Notes under the pieces: generated by a model
The model's database searches: none
Told to the model about the DNA's origin: nothing
What the model saw: the letters and a program-made list of their open reading frames with translations, nothing else
Assembly: GCA_903908715.1 (NCBI GenBank)
Contig: CAIVSY010000063.1
Span: 30,113 to 94,112, forward strand
Direction: 5' to 3'
Source of the DNA: an uncultured bacterium
Lineage (GTDB): Bacteria > Verrucomicrobiota > Kiritimatiellia > CAIKKV01 > CAITUY01
Length of the DNA: 64,000 nucleotides
In this document: piece after piece, positions 1 through 8,892 of the stretch
Numbering within the stretch: position 1 is the stretch's first letter
Layout of the letters: each line of letters opens with the position of its first letter
Program-made: the position numbers and the translations under genes

Positions 1-1239
1 GGACTCGCACTGCTTCAGCCCTTGCAGCAGATCAAAACCCTCGACACTCCGGCAACTTCCCCGGCCGACACCCTTCTCGTCAAAACCGATAACAATGGTC
101 GGCCTTCCATAGCGAGTCGAGAGCCTTGAGGCGACAACACCGATAACCCCCAGATGCCAGCCTTGCCCGCCCACAACGATGCACGGCTGCGTGACCGGCT
201 GAAAGGCTCCGCCGTTGCCTGCCTCAATCTGTTCAATGATCGCCTTCTCGATCTGTTTCCGGTCCCGGTTTAACGACTCCAGAACTTCGGAGAGAACCCG
301 GGCCCTTTCATCCTCCCGGGTCAACAGCAGTTCAAGCGCAGCATCCGCAGTACCGAGCCTGCCGGCCGCATTTAATCTCGGCCCCAAGACAAATGCCACA
401 TGATACGTCCCCAACTCACCCAAGCCGCCTGCCACTTCCCCCAGGATGGCAATGCCCTTCCGATCCTTCCGATTCAGCCTTGCCAGGCCGTGCGCTGTCA
501 GAATGCGATTCTCCCCCCGCAAAGGAACAACGTCAGCGATGGTTCCCAATGCAACAAGGTCAAGGTGTGCTCGCAAGTCCACGCCACTGACAGCAGGCAG
601 TCCCTGATCGCGCCCTGCCTTCAGGAGAGCATGACACACCTTGAAAGCCACGCCGACACCCGCGAGATCCTGCCCGGCCGCACATGCACCCAGCTTGGGA
701 TTCACGATCGCCACTGCCGGCGCAACAGGGCCGCTCACCTCGTGATGATCGGTAACCACCACGTCAACGCCCACGTCCCTCGCCACACCAACCGCATCAA
801 CGGACCCCGTACCGCAATCGGTGGTAATGATAAGGCTGGGCCGGTACCGCTCAATGCAGCGCTGAACCGCCTGCACCCCCAGACCATACCCCTCCTCCAG
901 CCGACTCGGCAAATAGCAGGCTACGCGGGCGCCGAGTGCAGACAAAACCTCCACCATGAGGGCCGCACTTGTAATCCCGTCCACATCATAATCCCCGTAG
1001 ATGAGTATCGATTCCCCCTGCTGTATACCGCGCCAGATACGGGCCACAGCATCCGTCATCCCAGGCAGGAGGAATGGATCGGAAAGATCACTTAAGCGTG
1101 GGCGAAGGTACCGGTCGAGATCCCCGGCGGTGTGTACACCCCTCCAGATCAGACTGCGAACCAACCGTTGAGGAATGCCGGGGAAGCCCCCGGCATCGTT
1201 GGATCGATCCTCTTCTGCAATGACTCGCCAGCGCTTCAC
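1..1239 (-). CDS. recJ: Single-stranded-DNA-specific exonuclease RecJ; partial, runs off the left edge and is missing from the ORF track
   Basis: Manual translation from GTG at 1239 (GTGA overlap with the secDF stop): VKRWRVIAEE...PRLSDLSDPFLLPGM...VAFVLGPRLNAAGRLGTA...WHLGVIGVVASRL...GSCRSVEGFDLLQGL. These are RecJ DHH/DHHA1-family signatures. Confidence 0.93.
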   Translation of the reverse strand, partial: MKRWRVIAEEDRSNDAGGFPGIPQRLVRSLIWRGVHTAGDLDRYLRPRLSDLSDPFLLPGMTDAVARIWRGIQQGESILIYGDYDVDGITSAALMVEVLSALGARVACYLPSRLEEGYGLGVQAVQRCIERYRPSLIITTDCGTGSVDAVGVARDVGVDVVVTDHHEVSGPVAPAVAIVNPKLGACAAGQDLAGVGVAFKVCHALLKAGRDQGLPAVSGVDLRAHLDLVALGTIADVVPLRGENRILTAHGLARLNRKDRKGIAILGEVAGGLGELGTYHVAFVLGPRLNAAGRLGTADAALELLLTREDERARVLSEVLESLNRDRKQIEKAIIEQIEAGNGGAFQPVTQPCIVVGGQGWHLGVIGVVASRLSTRYGRPTIVIGFDEKGVGRGSCRSVEGFDLLQGLKQCES

Positions 1240-3755
1240 ACCAGCGACTTCGACCCGAGGTCAGGAGCCTTGAACCGGTACCACAACAGCACGACAGGCG
1301 TCGCGATGTAAATGGTCGAATACGTTCCCGAAATCATTCCGATGAACATCGCGATCGAGAAATCGCGAATAGCCCCGCCTCCAAACACCAGCAGGCAAGC
1401 CACGGAGACAAAGGTCAGGAAATTCGTCAACAGCGTACGCGAAAGCGTTTCATTCATGCTTTGGTTGCAAATATCGACAAACGACTTCCCACGTGCCAAG
1501 CGCAAATCTTCCCGGATCCGGTCGAAAATCACGATCGTATCGTTGACGGAATACCCGACAATCGTCATCAGCGCAGCCATCACCGTCATATTCAATTGCA
1601 CGCCGAGCAAGTGACAGACCCCTGCAGTCACAAGCACGTCATGAAACAGGGCGGCTACGGCACCCATCCCGAATCCAAGTTCGAAACGGTACCAGATGTA
1701 GATAATCATCGCCACAAGCGCCAGCGCCATGGCAAGGGTCGCTTTGCGTTTGAGTTCACTGCCGATCTGGGGGCCCACATCATCCTGCTGCAACAGCCGG
1801 AACCCGGAACCGGCGAACATTTCATCCATAACCGACTTGATCGATGCGCCTTGTTCCGCATTCCCCGCCTTCACCAGCAGGTACTCGCGTCCTCCCTGCA
1901 TTTCCTTCTGGTACAGCGGCGTAGCATCCTTGATGCCCCTCTCATTCAGCACCGCCCGCAACGTCTCGACGTCCACCTTCTTTTCGAAGGAGAAGGTCAG
2001 CTGGGAACCACCGGTGAAATCCACACCGAACACACGGGTCGCGTCCTGCACGCCGTTCCGGATCATCACACCCCAGGAAACCACGATCACCACGATCGAG
2101 AGGCTTAATGCAATCTTCCAGGGCTTCATGAAATTAAACCGCGACGGCTTGATTGCCTCCATCATCTTCAACAATCCCGTCGAACTCGTCCGGACCGCCA
2201 TCGCGTTGAAGCACATACGGGTGACAATCACGGCTGTGTACAAGCTGACAATGAGACCGGCAATCAGCGTCACAGAGTAACCGCGCACGGGGCCGGACCC
2301 CATAATAAAAAGGATCACCGCTGTAATGATCGTTGTGACATTAGAGTCCAGGATCGCCGTGAACGCGCGCGAAAAACCGGCATGAATTGTCGCAACAAAT
2401 CCCTTGCCGGCCCTCAGTTCCTCCCGTATGCGCTCGAAAATCAGAACGTTTGCATCCACCGCCATACCTATGGAGAGCGCAATGCCCGCAATACCGGGGA
2501 GAGTCAGCACCGGCAGGGCAATCGCCCCGCCCGTCCTCGCATCCTTGGCAAACATTCCCAGGATACCCGCCACAACCACCATACCCAGCGGGAGAAGAAC
2601 GATGTTCAGCAGCAGGGCAAAATCCGCCACGATACCGCTGAACAGGTAGTACAGCGCCATCAGGACAACAATCGCCACGCACCCCATGATCCCGGCCTTG
2701 ATCCCGCTCTGAACCGAATCGGCGCCAAGCGTCGGGTCGACAATCCTCTGCTCCACGATCTTAACAGGCGCAGGCAATGATCCAGCCTTGAGGATGTTGG
2801 CCAGAAATGCCGCCTCCTGCACCGTAAAACTGCCGCTGATTTCGGCGCGTCCCCCGTGAATCGCCTCCCGGATGACCGGAGCCGAATAGAGCGTTCCATC
2901 CAGGACAATGGCCATCTGACGCCCCATCTGAGGATTCGGATTCCGAGCGCCACCCGGGGCGAAATCCGATGTGACCTGGGCAAATTTCCGCGTCCCCTTG
3001 GCGTTGAACTCCAGCGAAACCACAACATCACCCATCGACCGATAATCCACCGCAGCATGCTTCAAGGTGTCGCCGGCCAGTTGGGGCCGCTTTTCGACAA
3101 AGCAGGGACTGTATACTTCCTCGCCATTGATCTTTTCCCTCTCCAGAAGGAACTCGTGCCCGTGCGGTGCATTGAACAGCGCCAGTTTCTTTCGAAACTC
3201 CTGATCCATCGGCGGCGCATTCTTGTCACGCTTGTAATAGTTGCGACTGACCCCGCGGTCTGTGAGCGACACCATGCGGAATCCTTCCGGTATCGCGCCT
3301 TTCTCGAAGAGCTTGTCGACATGCTCACGGTTCTTCTCGTGAACCATGCGGAACTCCAGGAACGCAGCGCTTTCCAGCGCCCGCTTGGCTTCTTCGCGCT
3401 TCTTCTCCCCGATCCCCGGCAATTGAACGACAATCCGATTATTCTTCTCGGGATAGATCACGGGCTCGGAAATGCCAAGACCATCCACCCGGTTACGAAT
3501 TACCTCCAGCGCCCGGGCTTGCGCATCCTGAACCCGTGCAGGAATACGGTCGCGCAACTGGTCATCCGGCATCTCCTTCAACTCTTCGCGCAACTGCGCC
3601 AAAATTCCTTCCTCGTCAATCTGGACCGTAAAACTGGTCCCGCCCCGCAGGTCCAGCCCGAGCCGGAGCTTCTGGTCCAGAGGCAATACTGTCACAAGGG
3701 ATCCAATGACCAACACCAACAGGATCAGCCATTTCCAAAGCGCTCTCTTATCCAT
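1236..3755 (-). CDS. secDF: Protein translocase SecDF fusion protein
   Basis: LRLGLDLRGG, RIVVQLPG, GPSLG-like DPTLGADS, GMAVDANVLIFERIREE, GVDFTGG, GYSVNDTIVIFDRIRE. SecD and SecF halves in one ORF, downstream of yajC. Confidence 0.96.
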   Translation of the reverse strand: MDKRALWKWLILLVLVIGSLVTVLPLDQKLRLGLDLRGGTSFTVQIDEEGILAQLREELKEMPDDQLRDRIPARVQDAQARALEVIRNRVDGLGISEPVIYPEKNNRIVVQLPGIGEKKREEAKRALESAAFLEFRMVHEKNREHVDKLFEKGAIPEGFRMVSLTDRGVSRNYYKRDKNAPPMDQEFRKKLALFNAPHGHEFLLEREKINGEEVYSPCFVEKRPQLAGDTLKHAAVDYRSMGDVVVSLEFNAKGTRKFAQVTSDFAPGGARNPNPQMGRQMAIVLDGTLYSAPVIREAIHGGRAEISGSFTVQEAAFLANILKAGSLPAPVKIVEQRIVDPTLGADSVQSGIKAGIMGCVAIVVLMALYYLFSGIVADFALLLNIVLLPLGMVVVAGILGMFAKDARTGGAIALPVLTLPGIAGIALSIGMAVDANVLIFERIREELRAGKGFVATIHAGFSRAFTAILDSNVTTIITAVILFIMGSGPVRGYSVTLIAGLIVSLYTAVIVTRMCFNAMAVRTSSTGLLKMMEAIKPSRFNFMKPWKIALSLSIVVIVVSWGVMIRNGVQDATRVFGVDFTGGSQLTFSFEKKVDVETLRAVLNERGIKDATPLYQKEMQGGREYLLVKAGNAEQGASIKSVMDEMFAGSGFRLLQQDDVGPQIGSELKRKATLAMALALVAMIIYIWYRFELGFGMGAVAALFHDVLVTAGVCHLLGVQLNMTVMAALMTIVGYSVNDTIVIFDRIREDLRLARGKSFVDICNQSMNETLSRTLLTNFLTFVSVACLLVFGGGAIRDFSIAMFIGMISGTYSTIYIATPVVLLWYRFKAPDLGSKSLV

Positions 3756-3827
3756 ATCCGTCCTACGCTCCTTTTTTCAGAACTCCTTCACCCGTCCCCG
3801 CCCGCTCGGGCGCCCTTCGGTCTGAAC

Positions 3828-4187
3828 TCAACCCTGCCGGTCCATTTCGCCCGGTTCCTCATCCTTCTGCAACACGCGGATCACAGCCCCCCGCGCAATG
3901 TCCACCTTGACATTGTCCGCCACCTTGACGGTGAATGTCTGGTCCTTGACATTGGAAACCGTACCGATCATCCCCCCGCAGAAGAGGATCCTGTCCCCTG
4001 TCTTGATCTCGCTGATGAGTTTCTTGCGCTCCTTTTCCTTCTTCATCTGCGGGCGGATCATCATGAAGTAGAAAAGGGCGAAAATAATCACCATGTACCC
4101 GATCATCAGCATCCCGCCGCCCTGCTGCTGCCCCTGCCCCGCCGGAGGTGTTGCCATCCCAAAAACCATCATCATGCCGTTCATCAT
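3828..4187 (-). CDS. yajC: Preprotein translocase subunit YajC
   Basis: FYFMMIRPQ-K-EKE...GDRI...GG.IGTV...ARGAV; lies between tgt and secDF. Confidence 0.95.
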   Translation of the reverse strand: MMNGMMMVFGMATPPAGQGQQQGGGMLMIGYMVIIFALFYFMMIRPQMKKEKERKKLISEIKTGDRILFCGGMIGTVSNVKDQTFTVKVADNVKVDIARGAVIRVLQKDEEPGEMDRQG

Positions 4188-5308
4188 CGCTCCTTTTCCT
4201 TCTGCTGTTCGTAAAATGCTGCTCGAAACTCCTCGAAACTTCCCGTTTCCAGCGCTCTCTGGATCTCCCGCATGAACTCCATGAAACGGTGAATGTTATG
4301 TATTGTCAGCAACCGCACACCCAGTATCTCACCCACATTCATCAAATGCCGCACATAGGACCGGCTGAAACGACTGCAACAATAACACCCGCACCCCTCC
4401 TCCACAGGCCGCAAATCATCCTTGTACTCACCCGCCTTGACCGGATACTTGCCGAACCGCGTCAACGCCGTACCATGCCGGGCATATCGCGTCGGCATGA
4501 CACAATCGAACATGTCAACCCCCAGCGAAATCGCCTCGAGCATCTGCCGCATCACTCCGACCCCCATAAGGTAGCGGGGACGCTCAAACGGTAGTTCCCT
4601 GACGCCGTGACGCGTCGCTTCGAGCATCACCGTTTCCGGCTCGCCGACACTCACACCGCCCACCGCATACCCGTCAAAGCCAATCGCCGTCAGTTCACGG
4701 GCACATCGCATCCGAAGTTCCGCAAACTCGCCGCCCTGAACGATTCCGAACACCAACTGGCCGTTGCCAGAGCGGCTTTCCGCACATAAAGCGGCCCATG
4801 ATAGGGTCCGCTCCACCGCCTGACAAGCGTATTCGGCAGTGCATGGATAGGGCGGACATTCATCAAAAACCATCGCGATATCCGAACCAAGGCGCCGCTG
4901 TATGTCCATCGCCTCCCTCGGTCCCAGAAACAACCGGGATCCATCCACATGGGAGGAAAACTCAACCCCATCCGGCCTGATCTTGCGGAGCTTGGAAAGG
5001 CTGAACACTTGGAATCCGCCGCTGTCAGTCAGAATCGGACGGTCCCATCCCATGAATCGATGCAGGCCGCCATGCCTTTCAATCGTAGCCAGGCCCGGCC
5101 TCACATAAAGGTGGTAGGTATTCCCCAGCACGATCTCCGCCCCAGCCGTTTCCAGTTCCAGAGGGGTCATTGCCTTGACCGTTGCCTGGGTCCCGACCGG
5201 CATGAATACGGGCGTCTCAACCGGACCATGAGCGGTCCATAGACGCCCGCGCCTTGCCCGTGAATTCCGATCCGTATCCAGAATCTCGAATGTACCCACC
5301 CTGCTCAT
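4184..5308 (-). CDS. tgt: tRNA-guanine transglycosylase (queuine tRNA-ribosyltransferase)
   Basis: ETPVFMPVGT, GNTYHL, TDSGGFQVFSL, DECPPYP, GGVSVGE, DMFDCV, Zn site CGCYCC...HN. Confidence 0.97.
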   Translation of the reverse strand: MSRVGTFEILDTDRNSRARRGRLWTAHGPVETPVFMPVGTQATVKAMTPLELETAGAEIVLGNTYHLYVRPGLATIERHGGLHRFMGWDRPILTDSGGFQVFSLSKLRKIRPDGVEFSSHVDGSRLFLGPREAMDIQRRLGSDIAMVFDECPPYPCTAEYACQAVERTLSWAALCAESRSGNGQLVFGIVQGGEFAELRMRCARELTAIGFDGYAVGGVSVGEPETVMLEATRHGVRELPFERPRYLMGVGVMRQMLEAISLGVDMFDCVMPTRYARHGTALTRFGKYPVKAGEYKDDLRPVEEGCGCYCCSRFSRSYVRHLMNVGEILGVRLLTIHNIHRFMEFMREIQRALETGSFEEFRAAFYEQQKEKER

Positions 5309-6384
5309 CCGGCCGCCACCGCCAATAACGCAGCGTCCGCCAGAACCAGTGCAGCCATCGACTCGACCACGGCTACAGCACGAGGCACCACGCAGGGATC
5401 ATGTCGGCCCTTGGCCGCCAATATAAGAGGCTTCCCGTTCCAATCAGTCGTCTCCTGCAACAGGCCAATCGTGGCCGGCGGCTTGAATGCCACCCGGAAC
5501 ACAATCGGCTCGCCATTGCTCAGACCACCCTGGATGCCGCCACTCCGGTTGGTGGCCGTTCCTAACCGGTCCCCCTTACGGACAAACCGGTCATTATGGT
5601 CCGAACCGCTCATTCGGGTGGACCGGAACCCCAGCCCTATCTCGAAACCCCTGGTCGCAGGAATGGACATCATTGCCGCCGCCAATCTTGCACTCAACTT
5701 GTCAAACACCGGCTCTCCCCAGCCCGCAGGCACATGACGGCACACACACGCAACCACCCCGCCCAGCGAATTACCACCCGCCTTGGCTTCACGGATCCGA
5801 TCCGCCATCTTTTGCGCGACCTCGGCATCGGGACAACGTACCGGCGTCCGATCCACCGCGGCCCGCGTCAACTTGTCAACATCGGGCTCGGACACGCACA
5901 GATCCTGAACGGATTCCACCCACGCAACAATTTCCACCCCGTATCGGACCCTGAGCAGTTTCTCGGCAATAGCGCCTGCAGCAACCCTGCCTACCGTTTC
6001 TCTTGCACTTGCACGTCCCCCGCCACTGGACGCCAAAACACCGTATTTCATCTTGTAGCTGTAATCGGCATGGGAGGGCCGCGGCGCTGCAACCATCTCG
6101 CCATAGTCTTCCGGTTTTGTGTCCCGGTTTGCCACAAGAACCGTCAAGGGCGATCCCAGCGTCACTCCCTTCTCTACGCCGCTAACAAGCTGCACACGGT
6201 CCGCTTCCCCGCGCGGTGTGGTTAAATCACTCTGCCCCGGACGCCGTCGATCCAGCTGCGGCTGAATATCGGACTCACACAACTCCAACCGCGCGGGACA
6301 TCCGTCAATCACGGCTCCGACAACGGGCCCATGGGACTCCCCAAATGTTGTCACCCGGAAAACCTGTCCAAATGTATTACCCAT
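5305..6384 (-). CDS. aroC: Chorismate synthase
   Basis: MGNTFG...TFGESHG, RPSHAD, GGGRASARET, GGIQGG.SNG, GRHDPCVVPRA. Start set at ATG 6384 after a GGAGAG SD (the ORF track extends to 6477). Confidence 0.96.
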   Translation of the reverse strand: MGNTFGQVFRVTTFGESHGPVVGAVIDGCPARLELCESDIQPQLDRRRPGQSDLTTPRGEADRVQLVSGVEKGVTLGSPLTVLVANRDTKPEDYGEMVAAPRPSHADYSYKMKYGVLASSGGGRASARETVGRVAAGAIAEKLLRVRYGVEIVAWVESVQDLCVSEPDVDKLTRAAVDRTPVRCPDAEVAQKMADRIREAKAGGNSLGGVVACVCRHVPAGWGEPVFDKLSARLAAAMMSIPATRGFEIGLGFRSTRMSGSDHNDRFVRKGDRLGTATNRSGGIQGGLSNGEPIVFRVAFKPPATIGLLQETTDWNGKPLILAAKGRHDPCVVPRAVAVVESMAALVLADAALLAVAAG

Positions 6385-6407
6385 ACGTTCACTCTCCCAT
6401 AAGTCCA

Positions 6408-6437
6408 ACCTTACGAAATCCTTGCACATACTGGCAA
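6408..6437 (-). promoter_or_regulatory. Candidate sigma70 promoter for aroC-tgt-yajC-secDF-recJ
   Basis: Minus strand TTGCCA-N18-TAAGGT, about 25 nt upstream of the aroC ATG. Confidence 0.35.
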
Positions 6438-6503
6438 CGGTTTCTTGCTGGGATGACTCCTGCATTCCCGACATCAATCCATGAACACAGCCCTACTCCA
6501 CCA

Positions 6504-6532
6504 TTGACACCCGTGCCAACGGCAGGGATAAT
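6504..6532 (+). promoter_or_regulatory. sigma70 promoter for the + strand membrane cassette
   Basis: TTGACA-N17-GATAAT: perfect -35, 5/6 -10, optimal spacer, about 55 nt upstream of the GTG at 6586. Confidence 0.7.
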
Positions 6533-6585
6533 TGCGGGAAAGATCATCTTGGCGACCTGAATGATTGATAACCGGGAGCAACATT

Positions 6586-7161
6586 GTGAACGCTAGAAAG
6601 AAATGGATGATATGGGGGGGCGTTGCCGTTGCCTTTTTCGCGTCAATCCTTCTGGCCACAGTTATGCATGTCAGAAAACAGCCGGCTCCTGCCGCATTTG
6701 ATCTTTCTCAATATACCCAATTGACCACTTCCACCAGCGTGAATAACTCTCCCGCTGCACAAACCGATCGCAAGGGACCGGCACCAGCAGGCCATCTCCC
6801 TGAAGCGCATCCACCTGCGGCAGAAATGGATGCAGACTCCACCAATGCACCGAGCCATCAAGATCAGGGTGAATTGCATGCAGTCTTCCCTGACCGATTG
6901 TCACAGGATGAATTCCCTTACCAAGTCATTCCTTTTGAAGCCCGTATAGTGGAGTTCCCGATTGTTCTGCTCGACCAGCATCGACTGGATCTGGCCCCTG
7001 AAATCCGGATGGATCCGACCATGGGCCTTCAGGACACTGATCCGTTATCAGCCTTGAGGGCGAATGTGTACCGGATTGAAAAGCCTTCCCCACCTCCAGG
7101 CCCCCGCCCCGAGCCTCCGAAACCCCCACGCCCCCCTGAGGAAAGTCCCTCGGGCCTCTGA
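6586..7161 (+). CDS. Hypothetical protein with an N-terminal membrane anchor, Ser/Thr/Ala/Pro-rich linker and Pro-rich C-terminus
   Basis: RKK plus hydrophobic helix, then TQLTTSTSVNNSPAAQT, ending PSPPPGPRPEPPKPPRPPEESP. GGGAG SD before GTG 6586 (ORF track start 6565). Confidence 0.6.
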   Translation: MNARKKWMIWGGVAVAFFASILLATVMHVRKQPAPAAFDLSQYTQLTTSTSVNNSPAAQTDRKGPAPAGHLPEAHPPAAEMDADSTNAPSHQDQGELHAVFPDRLSQDEFPYQVIPFEARIVEFPIVLLDQHRLDLAPEIRMDPTMGLQDTDPLSALRANVYRIEKPSPPPGPRPEPPKPPRPPEESPSGL

Positions 7162-7179
7162 TTCCCGGGAGGACGCCCT

Positions 7180-8892
7180 ATGCCTTTGCTTTCGAATCTG
7201 GCACTAGCGCTGGGCCTCATCGTCAACCCATGGCTTCTGGCCCGGAACCTATGCCGGAATGCCGACACGGTCCTGACACTGGCCATAGCGGGCGTGTGCC
7301 TTGTATCAACGGGAGTAGCCGCACCAGTCCTTCTCCATCTGGTCCATATCCCGATATCAGCCGGCCCCCTCACGGTTTTTCATGTTGTGGTGTTCACCAT
7401 CGTCCTCATCCTCTCCCTCCTGCGTGACATCCGCCTGCGCCCCACAACCGAAAACGGATCCATCAGCTCAGCCTTTTCGCCCATGGGATTCATGGCGGCG
7501 GGATTCGCCCTCTTGGTCATCCCGTTCACCCCAATTGCCGGAATCGACACCTATAAGTGGCAGGATCTAGCTGGCGCAGTGAAGGTCGAACGGTCCGTTC
7601 CCTGGCTCATCCATCCTGTGTCCCTGCTTGGATTCACCCCTCGCTCCTACCCGAGCGCACAACCCCTTCTGCTTGCCTCGATATCCATCCTGAGCGGTGC
7701 AAGTGTGGATTGGAGTTCTTACCTCCTCTCCCTCGTTTCCGGAGCCATCGGACTGACTTCTGCCACCGCCCTGGCGCGCCATGTATTCACAAAACCATCC
7801 ACTTCCCTGTGGATGGCCTTCCTGTATGTATTTTCGCCCGTTTTTCTCCGTTATAACTTCTGGGCGACAGGACGCGGACTCTTCATGGCCCTGCTGCCGC
7901 TCTTTGCACTGGGTCTTCTTCACAAGATGCGCGGCAAGACCTTGCTGGCGGCGGCATGGTGTGCCATCCTGCTTTGCCTGTCTCACAAGGCGGGAATGGT
8001 TGCCGTCGCCGCCATTCCGATCGCCTTCCTGGCAGGAGTCCTTTTTTTCCCTCCGGCCCCATCCGCCACCCATCCTCCAAAAGGCTTGGCCCTTATCTGG
8101 CGTATGGGCCTGCCTTGCCTGTTCGCCCTGGCATCTCTGGGTGCGGGATTCATGCTGGCGCAATATTCCCCTTTGAACATGGCGGTCCGGCTGGCAACAC
8201 GACTAGCCTTCCTGTTCCCCTTTTCCCTGATCGGACTTCCGTTTGTTTTTCTCCCGGTTCACGGGACACCTGCCGGACGAGCCATGACCATGATGGCCTT
8301 GTTTGCCCTGCCCGCCGTATGCACGGACTTCATGTATGGATCCCTGATTGCCGTCCTTTTCGTTGCCTATCCTGCGGCAATCGGGCTGGACGAACTGATA
8401 ACCCGAATCCCACCCCACAGCCATCGCTGTGCATATGCCGCAATCGTAGCTGCCGTGATGATTCCTGCCGTCACAATTATCGTTCACCAGTCAGCGGATT
8501 CACCCTCTCGCGATGTCGTCCGCGCCGCCAGATTCCTAAACCAGCTTGACCCCTTGGGACCCTACAGGATCGAGGCCCCGGGCCGCACCCGGACGCGTAT
8601 GCAAGCCTACCTCGACGGATGTCCGCGCTTCAATGTTTTCCAGTCCCGCCAGCCGGCATTGAAACCGATGCCCTTCCCGCTGTTGACGGGTCCCGTGCAT
8701 AAGGATGTGAGGGATATCACCAACTACCTGCGGCAATGGATTGTCCTGCCGGACACCTCCACAGATTGGTACGGATCCAATCCAAAAGTGTACTTTATTA
8801 CCGTCGCCGGCGAAGGCAAAGTCCCCCCTGGCGCACGACTCCTGTTTACGTCCGGAAATGTTTCGGTATACGATGGCCCTTCGGAACCATGA
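7180..8892 (+). CDS. Polytopic membrane protein, probable GT-C fold glycosyltransferase
   Basis: About 12 hydrophobic segments; external-loop GIDTYKW, SYPS and FSPVFLRYNFW patterns; soluble C-terminal tail. Family assignment is inferred. Confidence 0.6.
   Translation: MPLLSNLALALGLIVNPWLLARNLCRNADTVLTLAIAGVCLVSTGVAAPVLLHLVHIPISAGPLTVFHVVVFTIVLILSLLRDIRLRPTTENGSISSAFSPMGFMAAGFALLVIPFTPIAGIDTYKWQDLAGAVKVERSVPWLIHPVSLLGFTPRSYPSAQPLLLASISILSGASVDWSSYLLSLVSGAIGLTSATALARHVFTKPSTSLWMAFLYVFSPVFLRYNFWATGRGLFMALLPLFALGLLHKMRGKTLLAAAWCAILLCLSHKAGMVAVAAIPIAFLAGVLFFPPAPSATHPPKGLALIWRMGLPCLFALASLGAGFMLAQYSPLNMAVRLATRLAFLFPFSLIGLPFVFLPVHGTPAGRAMTMMALFALPAVCTDFMYGSLIAVLFVAYPAAIGLDELITRIPPHSHRCAYAAIVAAVMIPAVTIIVHQSADSPSRDVVRAARFLNQLDPLGPYRIEAPGRTRTRMQAYLDGCPRFNVFQSRQPALKPMPFPLLTGPVHKDVRDITNYLRQWIVLPDTSTDWYGSNPKVYFITVAGEGKVPPGARLLFTSGNVSVYDGPSEP

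Noticed and set aside
400-1095. 231-aa + strand ORF and other long antisense ORFs (e.g. 2856-4214, 34414-35895, 43122-44810, 56083-57297, 57018-57638)
   Set aside because: They are shadows of well-supported genes on the opposite strand in GC-rich DNA and have no motifs.
6503-6519. TGGCAC on the - strand upstream of aroC
   Set aside because: No -12 TTGC element; the region is better explained by the + strand sigma70 promoter.
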